Part shown: piece after piece, positions 23,990 to 35,285 of the stretch
Numbering within the stretch: the first letter of the stretch is position 1
Layout of the letters: each line of letters begins with the position of its first letter
Assembly (NCBI GenBank): GCA_044892525.1
Contig: CM097888.1
Span: 89,838,001-89,902,000, forward strand
Direction of reading: 5' to 3'
DNA length: 64,000 nt
Source of the DNA: Schmidtea polychroa
Taxonomy: Eukaryota
The notes under the pieces: generated by a model
Databases searched by the model: none
Told to the model about the DNA's origin: nothing
The model's input: only the letters and a program-made list of their open reading frames with translations
Program-made: the position numbers and the translations under genes

Positions 23990-24654
23990 TTATAAAATAA
24001 AAAGTAACAAAGTTGTTTATTTGTGAATGGACCTTATTCTTTTACAGCCGTTTGTTTTCAATGATCATTGAATTTTTATGCAATGATGCCGTGGGAGCCT
24101 TGTAAATTGGAGGTCAACGAATTCCACATTAGAAAGGTTACACATTTCTCTATTTTTTATGTCTTTCCAGGAGAACTGGAAAGATTATCATTACAAACTC
24201 TTATCAATGTCTAGAGTAGAAATTCAAATCATTTTCCGTTATTTCTTCATCACAGTCATGTAAACAGTGGGATGCACTTGATACACAGCCTTTTGATTCC
24301 CAATTTCTCATAAGAAAACGATACTGTTTCTTTGTAAGTGTTGGGTTGTACTGAAGACAAAATCAAAGTCAGATCATAGGAAATTATAGAAACGATCTAT
24401 TTCCAAGACGACACCATGATTAAGTAGACTAACCCCATGTATACTCATGGTGACAGACCATGTCTGTTCTGTATATAGTAGCTGGATGTGACCAGACAAG
24501 CGAGCTTCGTTACCAAAAGTACTCTTTACTTGATTCCCATTGGTGACACTGGACAGCCGATAAAAGGTTTTATATCTATTGAAGAAAATACTATCGATGT
24601 GACCCTCGAATTATTTTACAAACCAATAAGTGCAGGAGACCATTTAGTCAACAA

Positions 24655-24657
<3 letters not shown>

Positions 24658-24711
<54 letters not shown>
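24658..24711. repeat. (TA)n microsatellite
   Basis: Perfect TA run. Confidence 0.97.
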
Positions 24712-24717
<6 letters not shown>

Positions 24718-25428
24718 CATTATTATCCAAGTTGAATTTGCTTAAGCATAGACCAGGAGATTGTTGAGATCAAAGAAAATCTCATTGTCAGAATGGGCGT
24801 TGAAGATGATATCCCCTATTGCAAACACCAGCTCAGCTTTAAGGGCGTGAACAGGTCGTTCCAAGGCAGCGGCTTCTTTGCATTATCTATTCTTACGATT
24901 TCTTTGAGATTGGCAAAGGTTTTTATTGGAGCGGAATATAAGGTGGGTTTTACGCTGTCGATGACTGACGAAGGAAAAGAGTGTGGTCGAGGATCGAGAG
25001 GGCCCGGTGTTTTGACGGTTGAAGCGACAATAGGTGAGGCCTCAGTTCCTGTCAGGGGGTGTACATGAATTACATTGACTAGTTCGACCAATGGCAGGAG
25101 CGGCTTTTGGGGTAGTAACTCTGCTTGAGTTTGAACTTTACTTTATTTTTGAATTAAGCTCCTTTCACTCCGTTTTTAGTGATTAATCTATCATCACAAC
25201 ATTCCAGGCGCAGTACCTCCTTTTACATTTGAGGGTTAAGCTAAGAAACGTTCTGTTTCACTTGTTGCCAATTAAATAAAGAAATATATTAACCACTTAA
25301 GGGTCCAAATTTTTATAATAAAATTTTTATCAAACCAGCAGTTACAAAAACATAAATCTCTGATAGAACGCTTGATCCAGATTCAAAATATTAAGGTTGG
25401 ACCAATACCATCAGATGAGCACGTTTGC

Positions 25429-25540
25429 ATCAGTAAGGCTAGATCAGTAAGGCTGGATCAGTAAGGCTAGATCAGTAAGGCTGGATCAGTAAGGCTGGAT
25501 CAGTAATGCTAGATCAGTAAGGCTGGATCAGAAAGGTTGG
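25429..25540. repeat. 14-bp minisatellite, 8 units (ATCAGTAAGGCTRG)
   Basis: Units read directly from the sequence, with AG or GG endings. Confidence 0.95.
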
Positions 25541-26644
25541 ATTAGAGAATGGCCAGTACAAATATGAACCCTATATAACCCAATCCCAATGACATGAATG
25601 CCACATATTCCTCGTTGATAAATTGAACAACAAAATGGGAAATAAATGGTTTCACGATTGCCAATGTTAGAATAAATTATTGCCATTGTATTGTCCCGTT
25701 CAATTAATGAATACGGCCATTGTTTGCGCAATATTTCACTTGAAATTTGATTTTACATCGGATTTCCTGTTCAATATTTTCTGTTTCCAATTATTCTGTC
25801 TTTTATATTCCTGCATCTCTCCGACCGGTTTCCAGGCAGCGTCAACTTTTGAGCCAGCCAGCCAAATGAAATAGGGTTAATTTCTCAGAGATAGATTGAT
25901 AATCTTATTAAAACATTTTGTTGAGTATATGAAAGGGCAATAAAGGTCACATGAAGCTCCTGTCATTTGAAGGACTGATTAGGTTTTATTCAATAGACAA
26001 GTTTCTTCAGCACTGCAAAATGTAATTATTTTATAAACATTACTTTTATCTTAGATTTTAATAGACAATAGAAATCCTAGAAGATATTTATTTGGCAGTT
26101 CAGCGAAGGGTTGACTTATCCATTTATCAAGAAATAACCCGTTAACAGGGACCAGTGAATAAAAGGAGATGGAGCTAATTGAATGTCAATGTCATTTTCA
26201 AGAATAGAAACAATGGAATAATAATAGAGCGTGGTATTATTTACAGATCACGCCTATTGCAATCCACATCATTGGTTACTTGATCCTATTGAATTCAACC
26301 CAGGAGGGAGAAGGTATCTAATATGCGCATATACCTATATATCTATCTCAAATTTAATGATGAATTATCTACCAATTACCCCCCCCCCTCCGTTCCTCCT
26401 TCATACTGACCGATGTAGGGTTTCCTGTGGTATAAAGTGGCTGTCAAATGTCTCCTTGACATCAGTTAATAGAGACAACTATCAAGCCCAACCAAAGAAC
26501 AAACGAGAAAATCTGATTTATTAACAACAAATAGAAATGGAACAATAAATATTTATAAAACATGATAATAATCAATTGGAACAAATAAAAACTAGGAAAT
26601 CCACAAAATACCGGTGGAAAGCCTCCGACGCGTCATCCAATCAA

Positions 26645-26988
26645 CTAGAGCTCCATTTTCTCATTGGCAACGCCCGATTGGAAGCTGTGCAATATATTCA
26701 ACCGAGTTTTTATTTCAAGCTTTTTGTTGTCAGACACATTTCCATCGCTCAATTTCCTCAATCGTTCTCGCTCGCTTTTCACAAAATCCACTCCGTTGTT
26801 ACGGATCTTTGTTGCAATCTTTAAATATTTCTCGGCCGATGAATGTTTGGCTTTGTCGGGTTTCAGATCTTTTACTTTATTGGTCATTAGATCTATAATT
26901 TTATCCTGAACTTCGGCATTGCTATTGACGAATTCCTTGGCGATTTGATCAAACTCTTCAAGGCATCCGTTCAAACCGATGTAAGCCC
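26645..26988 (-). CDS. ERP29: ERp29/windbeutel-like terminal exon (helical C-terminal domain with KDEL-like KMEL), copy 1
   Basis: Acceptor TTTCAG at 26989, then AYIGLNGCLEEFDQIAKEF...AEKYLKIATKIRNNGVDFVKSERERLRKL...KKLEIKTRLNILHSF...EKMEL*, aligning by eye to the ERp29 C-domain. No upstream thioredoxin-fold exons recognised nearby. Confidence 0.82.
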
Positions 26989-27289
26989 CTGAAATTAGTC
27001 ACTTGTACAATGCCGCCACTCGCAAGTTTTTAATATTAGCCAATTTGAAATGTTTTGAAAATGTTGTTGAAAAATATTTAAATGATTATTTGTAATAAAT
27101 TACCATAGTTACCGTATAGCTCGGTCTAAATACGCCATTTCAAGATAGGCCAATGAAGGCCTACTTCAACCAAAGATAAATAGCGGCTAATGATAATAAT
27201 CAAAGTATAATAACGTTTGAACGCGGCCCCGGTTATTTGCGTACATTGTAAACGTGTTGAGTTTGCATCACTGGATCTTTCATTTCCAA

Positions 27290-27360
27290 AGATTTCAAAC
27301 AGATAAATTCCTTCACTTATTACAAAATATGTCAGTCCATTGTTTATTATCCCAGTCACA
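27290..27360 (-). pseudogene. Possible C-type lectin domain C-terminal fragment
   Basis: CDWDNKQWTDIFCNK / (frameshift) KEFICLK resembles the CTLD W-x-D-x-x-C...FIC end. Confidence 0.3.
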
Positions 27361-28306
27361 GAACAGTTTCAATTAAAAAAATGAATGTGGCTTACAAATA
27401 GTAAGTAATTGAATAATGAAGTTGAAACCTTTTGTGAGACATATATTGTTAATCAGAAGGATTAAACAGTCCGAGAGTGAATAAACCTTACAAATATATG
27501 AAATGTTGATACAAAAATAGAAAGATCAAAGTTAGAAATGAAACGGAAGATATCCACAGAGATATGTGATATGGAGCGTGAGAATTGTATTGCATGATTC
27601 AGTTACAGTTGATGAATAGATGAAAATAAATAATTATATAAATAAATAATTTAGTAATAATAACAAAATATTAAACAAACAATGCTTTGATGAAATATAT
27701 AATAAACAATTTCTATCAAGTTGGGATTATTAAATTTCACGGACTAATAACTATGGAAATGATGCATAAAATGGATAATTATTCATTGTAAGGATAATTT
27801 GTTAATAAATGTTTCCTTGCAATTCCTGACCGCTACTCAGCAATAAGTTTTTACTGGGGGCTACTGATAATATTAGATGGAAAATGACAAATTTTATAAA
27901 TGAAAATTCCTTTCCACTCCAATTATAAGGAAATTCTTATATAAAAATATATTCACTGATCGGTATATATTTCAAACGGTTCAATCAGATAAATGCAGGT
28001 GACGGATTTGAGGTATTCCGCAAAAGATCAGCCAATGAAATGCAAGTTGGTAGATATTGGCCCTCTGCAGTCACCCCCTGCTGGAAAATGTCACTGGGTT
28101 TTCTTTGCTGTAGATGACCAATGGGGTTTTATGCTCTAAAGGAACTACAGTTCATTGTTTCTTAAAATATGTTACCATAAATTTTAAGAATTTACTTTGA
28201 TTTACTATAATTAGTTTATTTTTTAATGATTACCCTAATTCTCAGAATCCAACGAATATTCAAAATATGTATTGAATAAATAGTTAAACATACATGGCAA
28301 TGATTT

Positions 28307-28533
28307 AATTATAAGAAAGCGCAAATCAAACATTCTTTTCACGATATATTTCGATAGTTTTCCTGTCATCATCAGGTGGGATATAATAACTCATTAAATT
28401 AAGGATTTTAAACAAATTTATTAATTATATAAAATCCTTAATTTCCATAGTTATTATATCCCACCTGATGATGACAGGAAAACTGTCAAAATATATCGTG
28501 AAAAGAATGTTTGATTTGCGCTTTCTTATAATT
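28307..28533. repeat. Head-to-head inverted pair of Penelope pLTR ends (foldback of about 227 bp)
   Basis: 28307-28390 is the near-perfect reverse complement of 28449-28533; the arm sequence is nearly identical to the 3' end of the Penelope element (60975-61038). Confidence 0.85.
28340..28378 (-). ncRNA. Minimal type I hammerhead ribozyme (one stem II mismatch)
   Basis: CAC-CTGATGA-T-GACAG-GAAAA-CTATC-GAAA-TATATC-GTG. The plus-strand partner at 28462-28500 has GAAA changed to AAAA. Confidence 0.7.
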
Positions 28534-29479
28534 TTAATTATTACTTAAATTTACCCTATTTTTAAAATTATTACCTTAATTTCTCACAAGTCATTGATTC
28601 TTCAAAATAGTTTACCATAGATTCGAATATAAAAATGTTGGAATCAATAAAAACAAAATAAAATCAAAACCTTTTACAAAAAATCCCTGAGACCTAAAAA
28701 ATACTTGTGATTTTTTAACGAGAGGCTAAATCTAGTACAAGAAATCCTTGGACCTAAAATACCTGTATACTATGGTATGATATTCACATAACCATGATAG
28801 GCCACATGAGCGCAGGCTTTTTAACAAGATCTTAATTCTAGTTCATTTTTACCTGAAAAATATTTAGTCAAAAAACCCATTGGTCCTCTACAGCAGTGCC
28901 GAAAGGGAGGTTGCAGTAGAGGGCCAATATCTACCTAATAATGCATAATAACCCTTTCCACTCACATTAATTTTCCCAAATGTGTTTCTTCAACTTATAT
29001 ATAATTTAGAGAATTTTGTGGAATTTCAAGAACCTATGTGAGAATTTGTAATGATATGGTCCACCTATCTCAGGAATTACAAGCCGTGGGGAGTGGTAGA
29101 AACAGTTTTCAAGAATGTGGCAAACAAATGGAAATGGTTAAAATGTTAGAAATTTGTGAGCAAATACTTTGTGAAAATATTAATTCTACTACGTAAGATT
29201 ATCAGAAAGAATTTTTCTGTTGAGCTTAATTTCATTTGAGGAGTTAAAATATTTTCCTAATAAATAATGTAAATAGTGTTTTGTGTTTGGTGCTTTCATT
29301 TTTAATTTACAAATATTTTTGTTAATATCGATTGATGTAAAATGCAACTTTTTAAACTTTTAATATTTTGCAGGAAACTAGATGAAAATATAAATAGCAA
29401 AGATTTTCAATTATAAAGATGCAAAATCTACACATCTTTAAAATGAAATTCGCAAAAGTATGTGGCCTCCTCACATTGC

Positions 29480-32400
29480 AATCGACACGTCACTTACTTG
29501 TAGTGAAACCAACAAAAACAAGTCCCTTACTAGATTAGAGGTCAAGTTCGAAGTATTTTTCTATCAACGTTTCACACCTTCGTAATTATTATGATAAAAG
29601 AAACTCCTTGGGAGACACTACATGTTAGTAATGTGAATCAGAAACAGGTTGGGATTAACAAGTAATGGAGCACCAACGGTCTCGCACGGGCCGTAGTTTG
29701 ACCACCCTTACATTATAAGAGTAAGTTTAAAAATGAAGGTTAATTCAGAGAATGCTCAACCTTTACGTTTGCCAAAATTTGTCAACATAGAATTTAATGT
29801 CAAATAAAAAACAGCCATTTCCTAAGCGTTTCAAAGATTTCCTCTCTAATTAATGAATATTAGTATAAAAAAATATTTTATTATATAAAATTTGTTTGTT
29901 TAAATAATCAAATTCAAAACGCCAATTTTTCACAATTTTCATCGACGATGAAAACAAGTTTGGGGAGACCTGTAAATTGTGCAATTCTAGACACAGACCT
30001 TTATAGGTTCCATTGACTGATATCTTTCTTCACAGCGCAATGAACGGTGATACGTTGACCAACACTATAAGGCTTTGGAAATTTTGATCGTTTTCAATAC
30101 AACCTTCAGAGATTATCCTCGATTATTTGTTTACATGATGTGGTGAAACCTTTACTTACTGATAACTTGCAACAGGTTGAGATTATATAGAAATTCACGA
30201 TGTAAAATGAACGAACTGACTGCTATAGCTATCCGCTTACAGTACCATTTGGAAAGTATGTGATGGAGACATCCGTCATGTCACTGCATTTGCAATTTTT
30301 GATGACGATTATAACCATTTTGGCCCTCGACGTTTTCAAATTTGTAATAAAATTTAATTAACATTATTTATTCATTCATAATTCAATAGATGAATATTAA
30401 ATTGTGAAAGCATTTTTGTGTTTTTAATATTAGATTAGCAAATGTCCACTTAGGTTCGCAGCTATAATACTTTGTGAAATGATCTTTTCTGTCATAATAT
30501 CTTCTGAATCTGGTGTAGACTACCTAGTTTCTCCACTATTCCAGGATAATCTTTCAATAAGATCCTCACCTGGAAGCCCATATTTACGAGAGCTTAATTG
30601 TAACCATGGTAATTATATTCTAATGACTGGTTTTTATAAGCTCAAGGGCCACATGAGAAACAATATGAAGTTATTTTCTGTGTTTCTATTGTTAAATATT
30701 CTTCTTATTTTAACCAAGATGAAACTTTTCTATGAAGAATGGCTCCAGTAAATGTCATGCTGCCCTGGTTCCAAAAAATGATTTCAATATTAAGAGTAAC
30801 CAAAAGTACCTCTAACTACAATGAAAAATACTCTTTTCTATCTTTCTGAAATTAAAAAAATCAATATAAAACAAAATCAATATAAAACAACAAAGATAAA
30901 GCACTATCAAATTTATTAGTTAATAAAAGTTATAAAATAAATGGAAATATAGAAAGATATAAAAAGTATGCAAAATATACGCGAGTTGCAATAATAGGAT
31001 TAATCCAATGGAGGCCTCTCAAACACCATTGACAACGTATCCACCAAGGGTGTCAGACTGGATGTCAAGCTGCCATCTATTCTATCAAGAGTTATCCTAG
31101 CTCCATCGACTCCAATAACACTCTGCAAATACATTTCCAAATGCTGTGAATTCCATTTCTCTAGACGATCCGACATAATCGATATTGGGTTTCCTCGTGG
31201 ATTCCCCACAATTTCTATGTTTGAGCTGCCAGTTCCTTTATTATCAACTATTTCAATCACGATCGATTTCAAAAGCTCCTCTGATGGACGGAGCTCTTCC
31301 ACTTTATAAATTGAATCAAAGTTTGATTGGCTCCAGACAATCAATTGTGCCAACTGATCTCGAATCTCTTTTATTAAACTATTTTTCTCGATCAGACTCA
31401 TTTCACCAAGAAAATCTTTCAACATCTTTTCGTTAACAATGATTGAGACTGGACTCGAGATTTCCTCACAAAGGATACCAGCCAACACAGCAGTAATTGC
31501 ATTCATTGTAAATAGAGGAAATTGCAAACTTTCAACCGATGCAAATCTGTAAAAAGTGAAAATCGGAAAATAGAGGTTTCCTTAACTTGATAATCTCGCA
31601 ATCATCGAGATACCCTTCAAAAGGAATGTGGACGTTAAAATCAATCATTTGTGAAATTGCTGTTAGGATCACGCCAAATTAATATTCAATTAAAATAATT
31701 TCATGAGCAAACAACAATAAATAAATAGATAGGATATCAAATTGAATATTGCAACTTTGTAAATAACCAAAGTAAAATGAAAATCATTAACAAATGCAAG
31801 AAGTATTACAAGAAATAAATGCAAACATTATAAATATGAATAACGCAATAAAAGCAAATTCAAAATAATAAGAAATTACGAATACAAAATAAAAGATTTA
31901 ATCGAAAAAATAAGTGAAAATTCCCTCCAAAAATGATTAAAATTAAATCAAGAAATAACTCGAATAAAAATTATTTCAATTGTTTTAATGAATCAATGTA
32001 TCCACTCCAAATTCAAATATTTTTCCAAGTTTTTATGTCCAATTGGCCAATTCGTACTTAATTGATAATTGTACTTTATTATTGTTATAAGGTAATTGCA
32101 TTTCTGTTTATGTTATCTATGCTTTTTATTTTGTTTTAATCTATCATTGTATATTTTGTGTGTAAGAGCTAGTTTGTCTAAATAATCAATTTATCTTAGA
32201 TCGATATTTCGAATTTTCTATTGTTTTTCGAATCCGGCAGCGTAATTCCAGTTCAGGATCGATGACTCAACCAAGGTTATAAACCATAGAACCAGAAAGT
32301 GGTAGATCAAGATACAGGCGATGAACAACAACGTAAAGTTTCTCGATATCGATCACGCTTCATGATATCCCATGAAGTACAACGCGTGACTGACTCAATT

Positions 32401-33008
32401 ACGTCCTCAAACTTCTTATTTTCTTAAAGATATTTATAATTTTACAACCTCAATAATTGCTCTCACAGACCATAATAAAGTGTTGGAATCATAGTTACCA
32501 TAAGCATTATATTTTTGAGCATGGGATGAAATGTTAAAAATAAGTTAAAAACAGTAAAATGATTCTAAAAAATCGCGATTATCAACCTAAGCGGAATTGG
32601 AAACATCATTATAAGTCACAGAAAAGTGGAGAATGAAGCAAGCATTTGAAGAAGGAGAAATGAAAGAAAGTCAATTAAAATAGAATAAAGGGTTAGTAAT
32701 AATTAATAAGTAGAAATTTAGAAAAAAGAACAAAACAAATTTTTTGAGCTGAATCAAAAATACAGAATAAATGTTTATTAAAACTAAATTTTTCACGGAC
32801 AGAAAAATAAAGTAGGTCACTGAAAACAAACAAGCTAAGCATGCCACCACAATACACATATGGAAATGCATATCATATGGTTAAAAGTGCTGCATAATGA
32901 GGATAGGCTCATTGACATATTCACTCTCAATGAATATAAAACACGCCAAAGCAAATACAAGGTAAACGTATTTTCAGAAAATCAACCATAAAGATATAAT
33001 AATCGCCA
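29480..33008. repeat. Segmental duplication, copy 1 (paralogous to 57464-61618)
   Basis: 29480-31925 matches 57464-59885 and 32420-33008 matches 61050-61618 with few substitutions. Contains a hAT-type terminal motif CGGGCCGTAGTTTGACCACCCTTA (29687-29710). Confidence 0.92.
31000..31527 (-). CDS. Orphan 175-aa ORF or terminal exon, copy 1 of 3
   Basis: Intact ORF in all three copies; candidate acceptor TTTTTACAG about 20 nt upstream. Family not recognised. Confidence 0.5.
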   Translation of the reverse strand: MQFPLFTMNAITAVLAGILCEEISSPVSIIVNEKMLKDFLGEMSLIEKNSLIKEIRDQLAQLIVWSQSNFDSIYKVEELRPSEELLKSIVIEIVDNKGTGSSNIEIVGNPRGNPISIMSDRLEKWNSQHLEMYLQSVIGVDGARITLDRIDGSLTSSLTPLVDTLSMVFERPPLD

Positions 33009-33144
33009 AGAACAACAACAACAATCCAGATGATTTCTTCAACCAACTTGATTCGGTGAATAATAAATTCATTAAAAGAAATTTCATAAACAGTTTAATT
33101 CATCTATTGAACAGAGCATATAATTAGTTATATTTCATGGATAT

Positions 33145-34117
33145 TGTTAGGGATAGGTCTGGGGCCTTGATTGTAAAATAAATAAAAAATTACTATAATT
33201 AGAAATAGAGTAAATAAAAATAATAAATAATTACTGAAAATAAAAGATAGGTTTAATTATTTACTATAAATAGAAATAAATTGTATATAGTATTATTTAA
33301 TTATACTGTTACTATAAATGGTAATTATAATATTACTAATAATATATTAAATAAATAATATTTATTATAAATACTGGTTCAAAACGAGAACCAGGGGGGG
33401 GGGGGAATAATTTAGAACGGAATAATTTAGGATCTAATAACTTAGAAAGGAATTAGAGACGCAAAAAAAATTGCAAATGGAAAACAAATTCATCAGGAAA
33501 ATTATAAATAGGAGAAACGTGACAACGAAACTAATTAATTATTATCGAAGATTAAATCGGGATTATTATCAGTAGAATCGACTATATAAAGCGAGATATT
33601 TCATTATATCGAGAGAAGAGATTTTGGAGAAAATTGAAATTTCGTTCAAGGAAGGAGAGATTGAAATATCTGTTGTTTGAAGAATTGTCTTGAATGAAAT
33701 AAAATTATTGACTTGAGGGATAAAATATTATCCTGGTGCGATTAAAATAATTTAAGCGAGTACAAAGTAGTGTCAGCTTACTTTCGTATTCTCTGGATGC
33801 CCCAAAATAATTCCCACTTGCTTACCCAACTCTTTCATCGACTTTGCGATCGTTGTACTACACAGGAGCCATCGATCTCTTGCAGGCTGAGATAAACAGC
33901 AGGGATTAACAAATCCAATGTCTTATATCTATACAATAGTTGTAAATTATTGTTTTGTAAATTGTTAAAAGTTTCATAAAGAGAAAGGAGTTTGTTCTTT
34001 ATTCGTTCTATTTAATTTATTACGCACAACCACATTAAATATATTACATTTATACCTATTTTTATTTATAAGAGTCATTGTGTTGAGATCAGTAATCCCC
34101 GTTTTTCGATCTTAACA
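33145..34117. mobile_element. Solo LTR (973 bp) with 4-bp target-site duplication ATAT
   Basis: ATAT|TGTTAGGGAT...GATCTTAACA|ATAT; internal TATATAAAG and AATAAA. Confidence 0.65.
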
Positions 34118-34292
34118 ATATTATAATTTTATCATTGATGTGTAATCCTTTTAATCAATTAATTAATTAATAAAAAATAAGAATCAATAAAAATATTAAT
34201 CAATAACAAAATCAATAAAAATTAATAAAATCAATAACTACAGAATGTCAGAATAAAATATGGTTTCCATAATAGGATTAACCAAAAATAAC

Positions 34293-35285
34293 TTATCTTT
34301 CTGAAATTAAAATATCAATAAATAGTAAAATCAATATAAAACAAAATCAATATAAAACAAAATCAATATAAAACAACAAAGATAAAGCACTATCAAATTT
34401 ATTAGTTAATAAAAGTTATAAAATAAATGGAAATATAGAAAGATATAAAAAGTATGCAAAATATACGCGAGTTGCAATAATAGGATTAATCCAATGGAGG
34501 CCTCTCAAACACCATTGACAACGTATCCACCAAGGGTGTCAGACTGGATGTCAAGCTGCCATCTATTCTATCAAGAGTTATCCTAGCTCCATCGACTCCA
34601 ATAACACTCTGCAAATACATTTCCAAATGCTGTGAATTCCATTTCTCTAGACGATCCGACATAATCGATATTGGGTTTCCTCGTGGATTCCCCACAATTT
34701 CTATGTTTGAGCTGCCAGTTCCTTTATTATCAACTATTTCAATCACGATCGATTTCAAAAGCTCCTCTGATGGACGGAGCTCTTCCACTTTATAAATTGA
34801 ATCAAAGTTTGATTGGCTCCAGACAATCAATTGTGCCAACTGATCTCGAATCTCTTTTATTAAACTATTTTTCTCGATCAGACTCATTTCACCGAGAAAA
34901 TCTTTCAACATCTTTTCGTTAACAATGATTGAGACTGGACTCGAGATTTCCTCACAAAGGATACCAGCCAACACAGCAGTAATTGCATTCATTGTAAATA
35001 GAGGAAATTGCAAACTTTCAACCGATGCAAATCTGTAAAAAGTGAAAATCGGAAAATAGAGGTTTCCTTAACTTGATAATCTCGCAATCATCGAGATACC
35101 CTTCAAAAGGAATGTGGACGTTTAAATCAATCATTTGTGAAATTGCTGTTAGGATCACGCCAAATTAATATTCAATTAAAATAATTTCATGAGCAAACAA
35201 CAATAACCAAAGTAAAATGAAAATCATTAACAAATGCAAGAAGTATTACAAGAAATAAATGCAAACATTATAAATATGAATAACA
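34293..35285. repeat. Partial third copy of the duplicated block (carries the 175-aa ORF)
   Basis: Matches about 30838-31850 with a deletion of about 60 bp; abuts the start of the exon array. Confidence 0.9.
34486..35013 (-). CDS. Orphan 175-aa ORF, copy 2 (protein identical to copy 1)
   Basis: Identical translation in the ORF track. Confidence 0.5.
   Translation of the reverse strand: MQFPLFTMNAITAVLAGILCEEISSPVSIIVNEKMLKDFLGEMSLIEKNSLIKEIRDQLAQLIVWSQSNFDSIYKVEELRPSEELLKSIVIEIVDNKGTGSSNIEIVGNPRGNPISIMSDRLEKWNSQHLEMYLQSVIGVDGARITLDRIDGSLTSSLTPLVDTLSMVFERPPLD

Larger units (their letters stand above)
28050..28940. mobile_element. MITE-like element: imperfect inverted arms at about 28050-28130 and 28870-28940, enclosing the hammerhead foldback
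   Basis: GGTAGATATTGGCCCTCT and GCTGTAGA-GACCAATGGG occur on plus at 28050-28125 and as reverse complements at 28870-28940. Confidence 0.5.

Noticed and set aside
24793-25900. Short ORFs suggesting a gag or membrane-protein fragment
   Set aside because: No recognisable motif or consistent splice structure.
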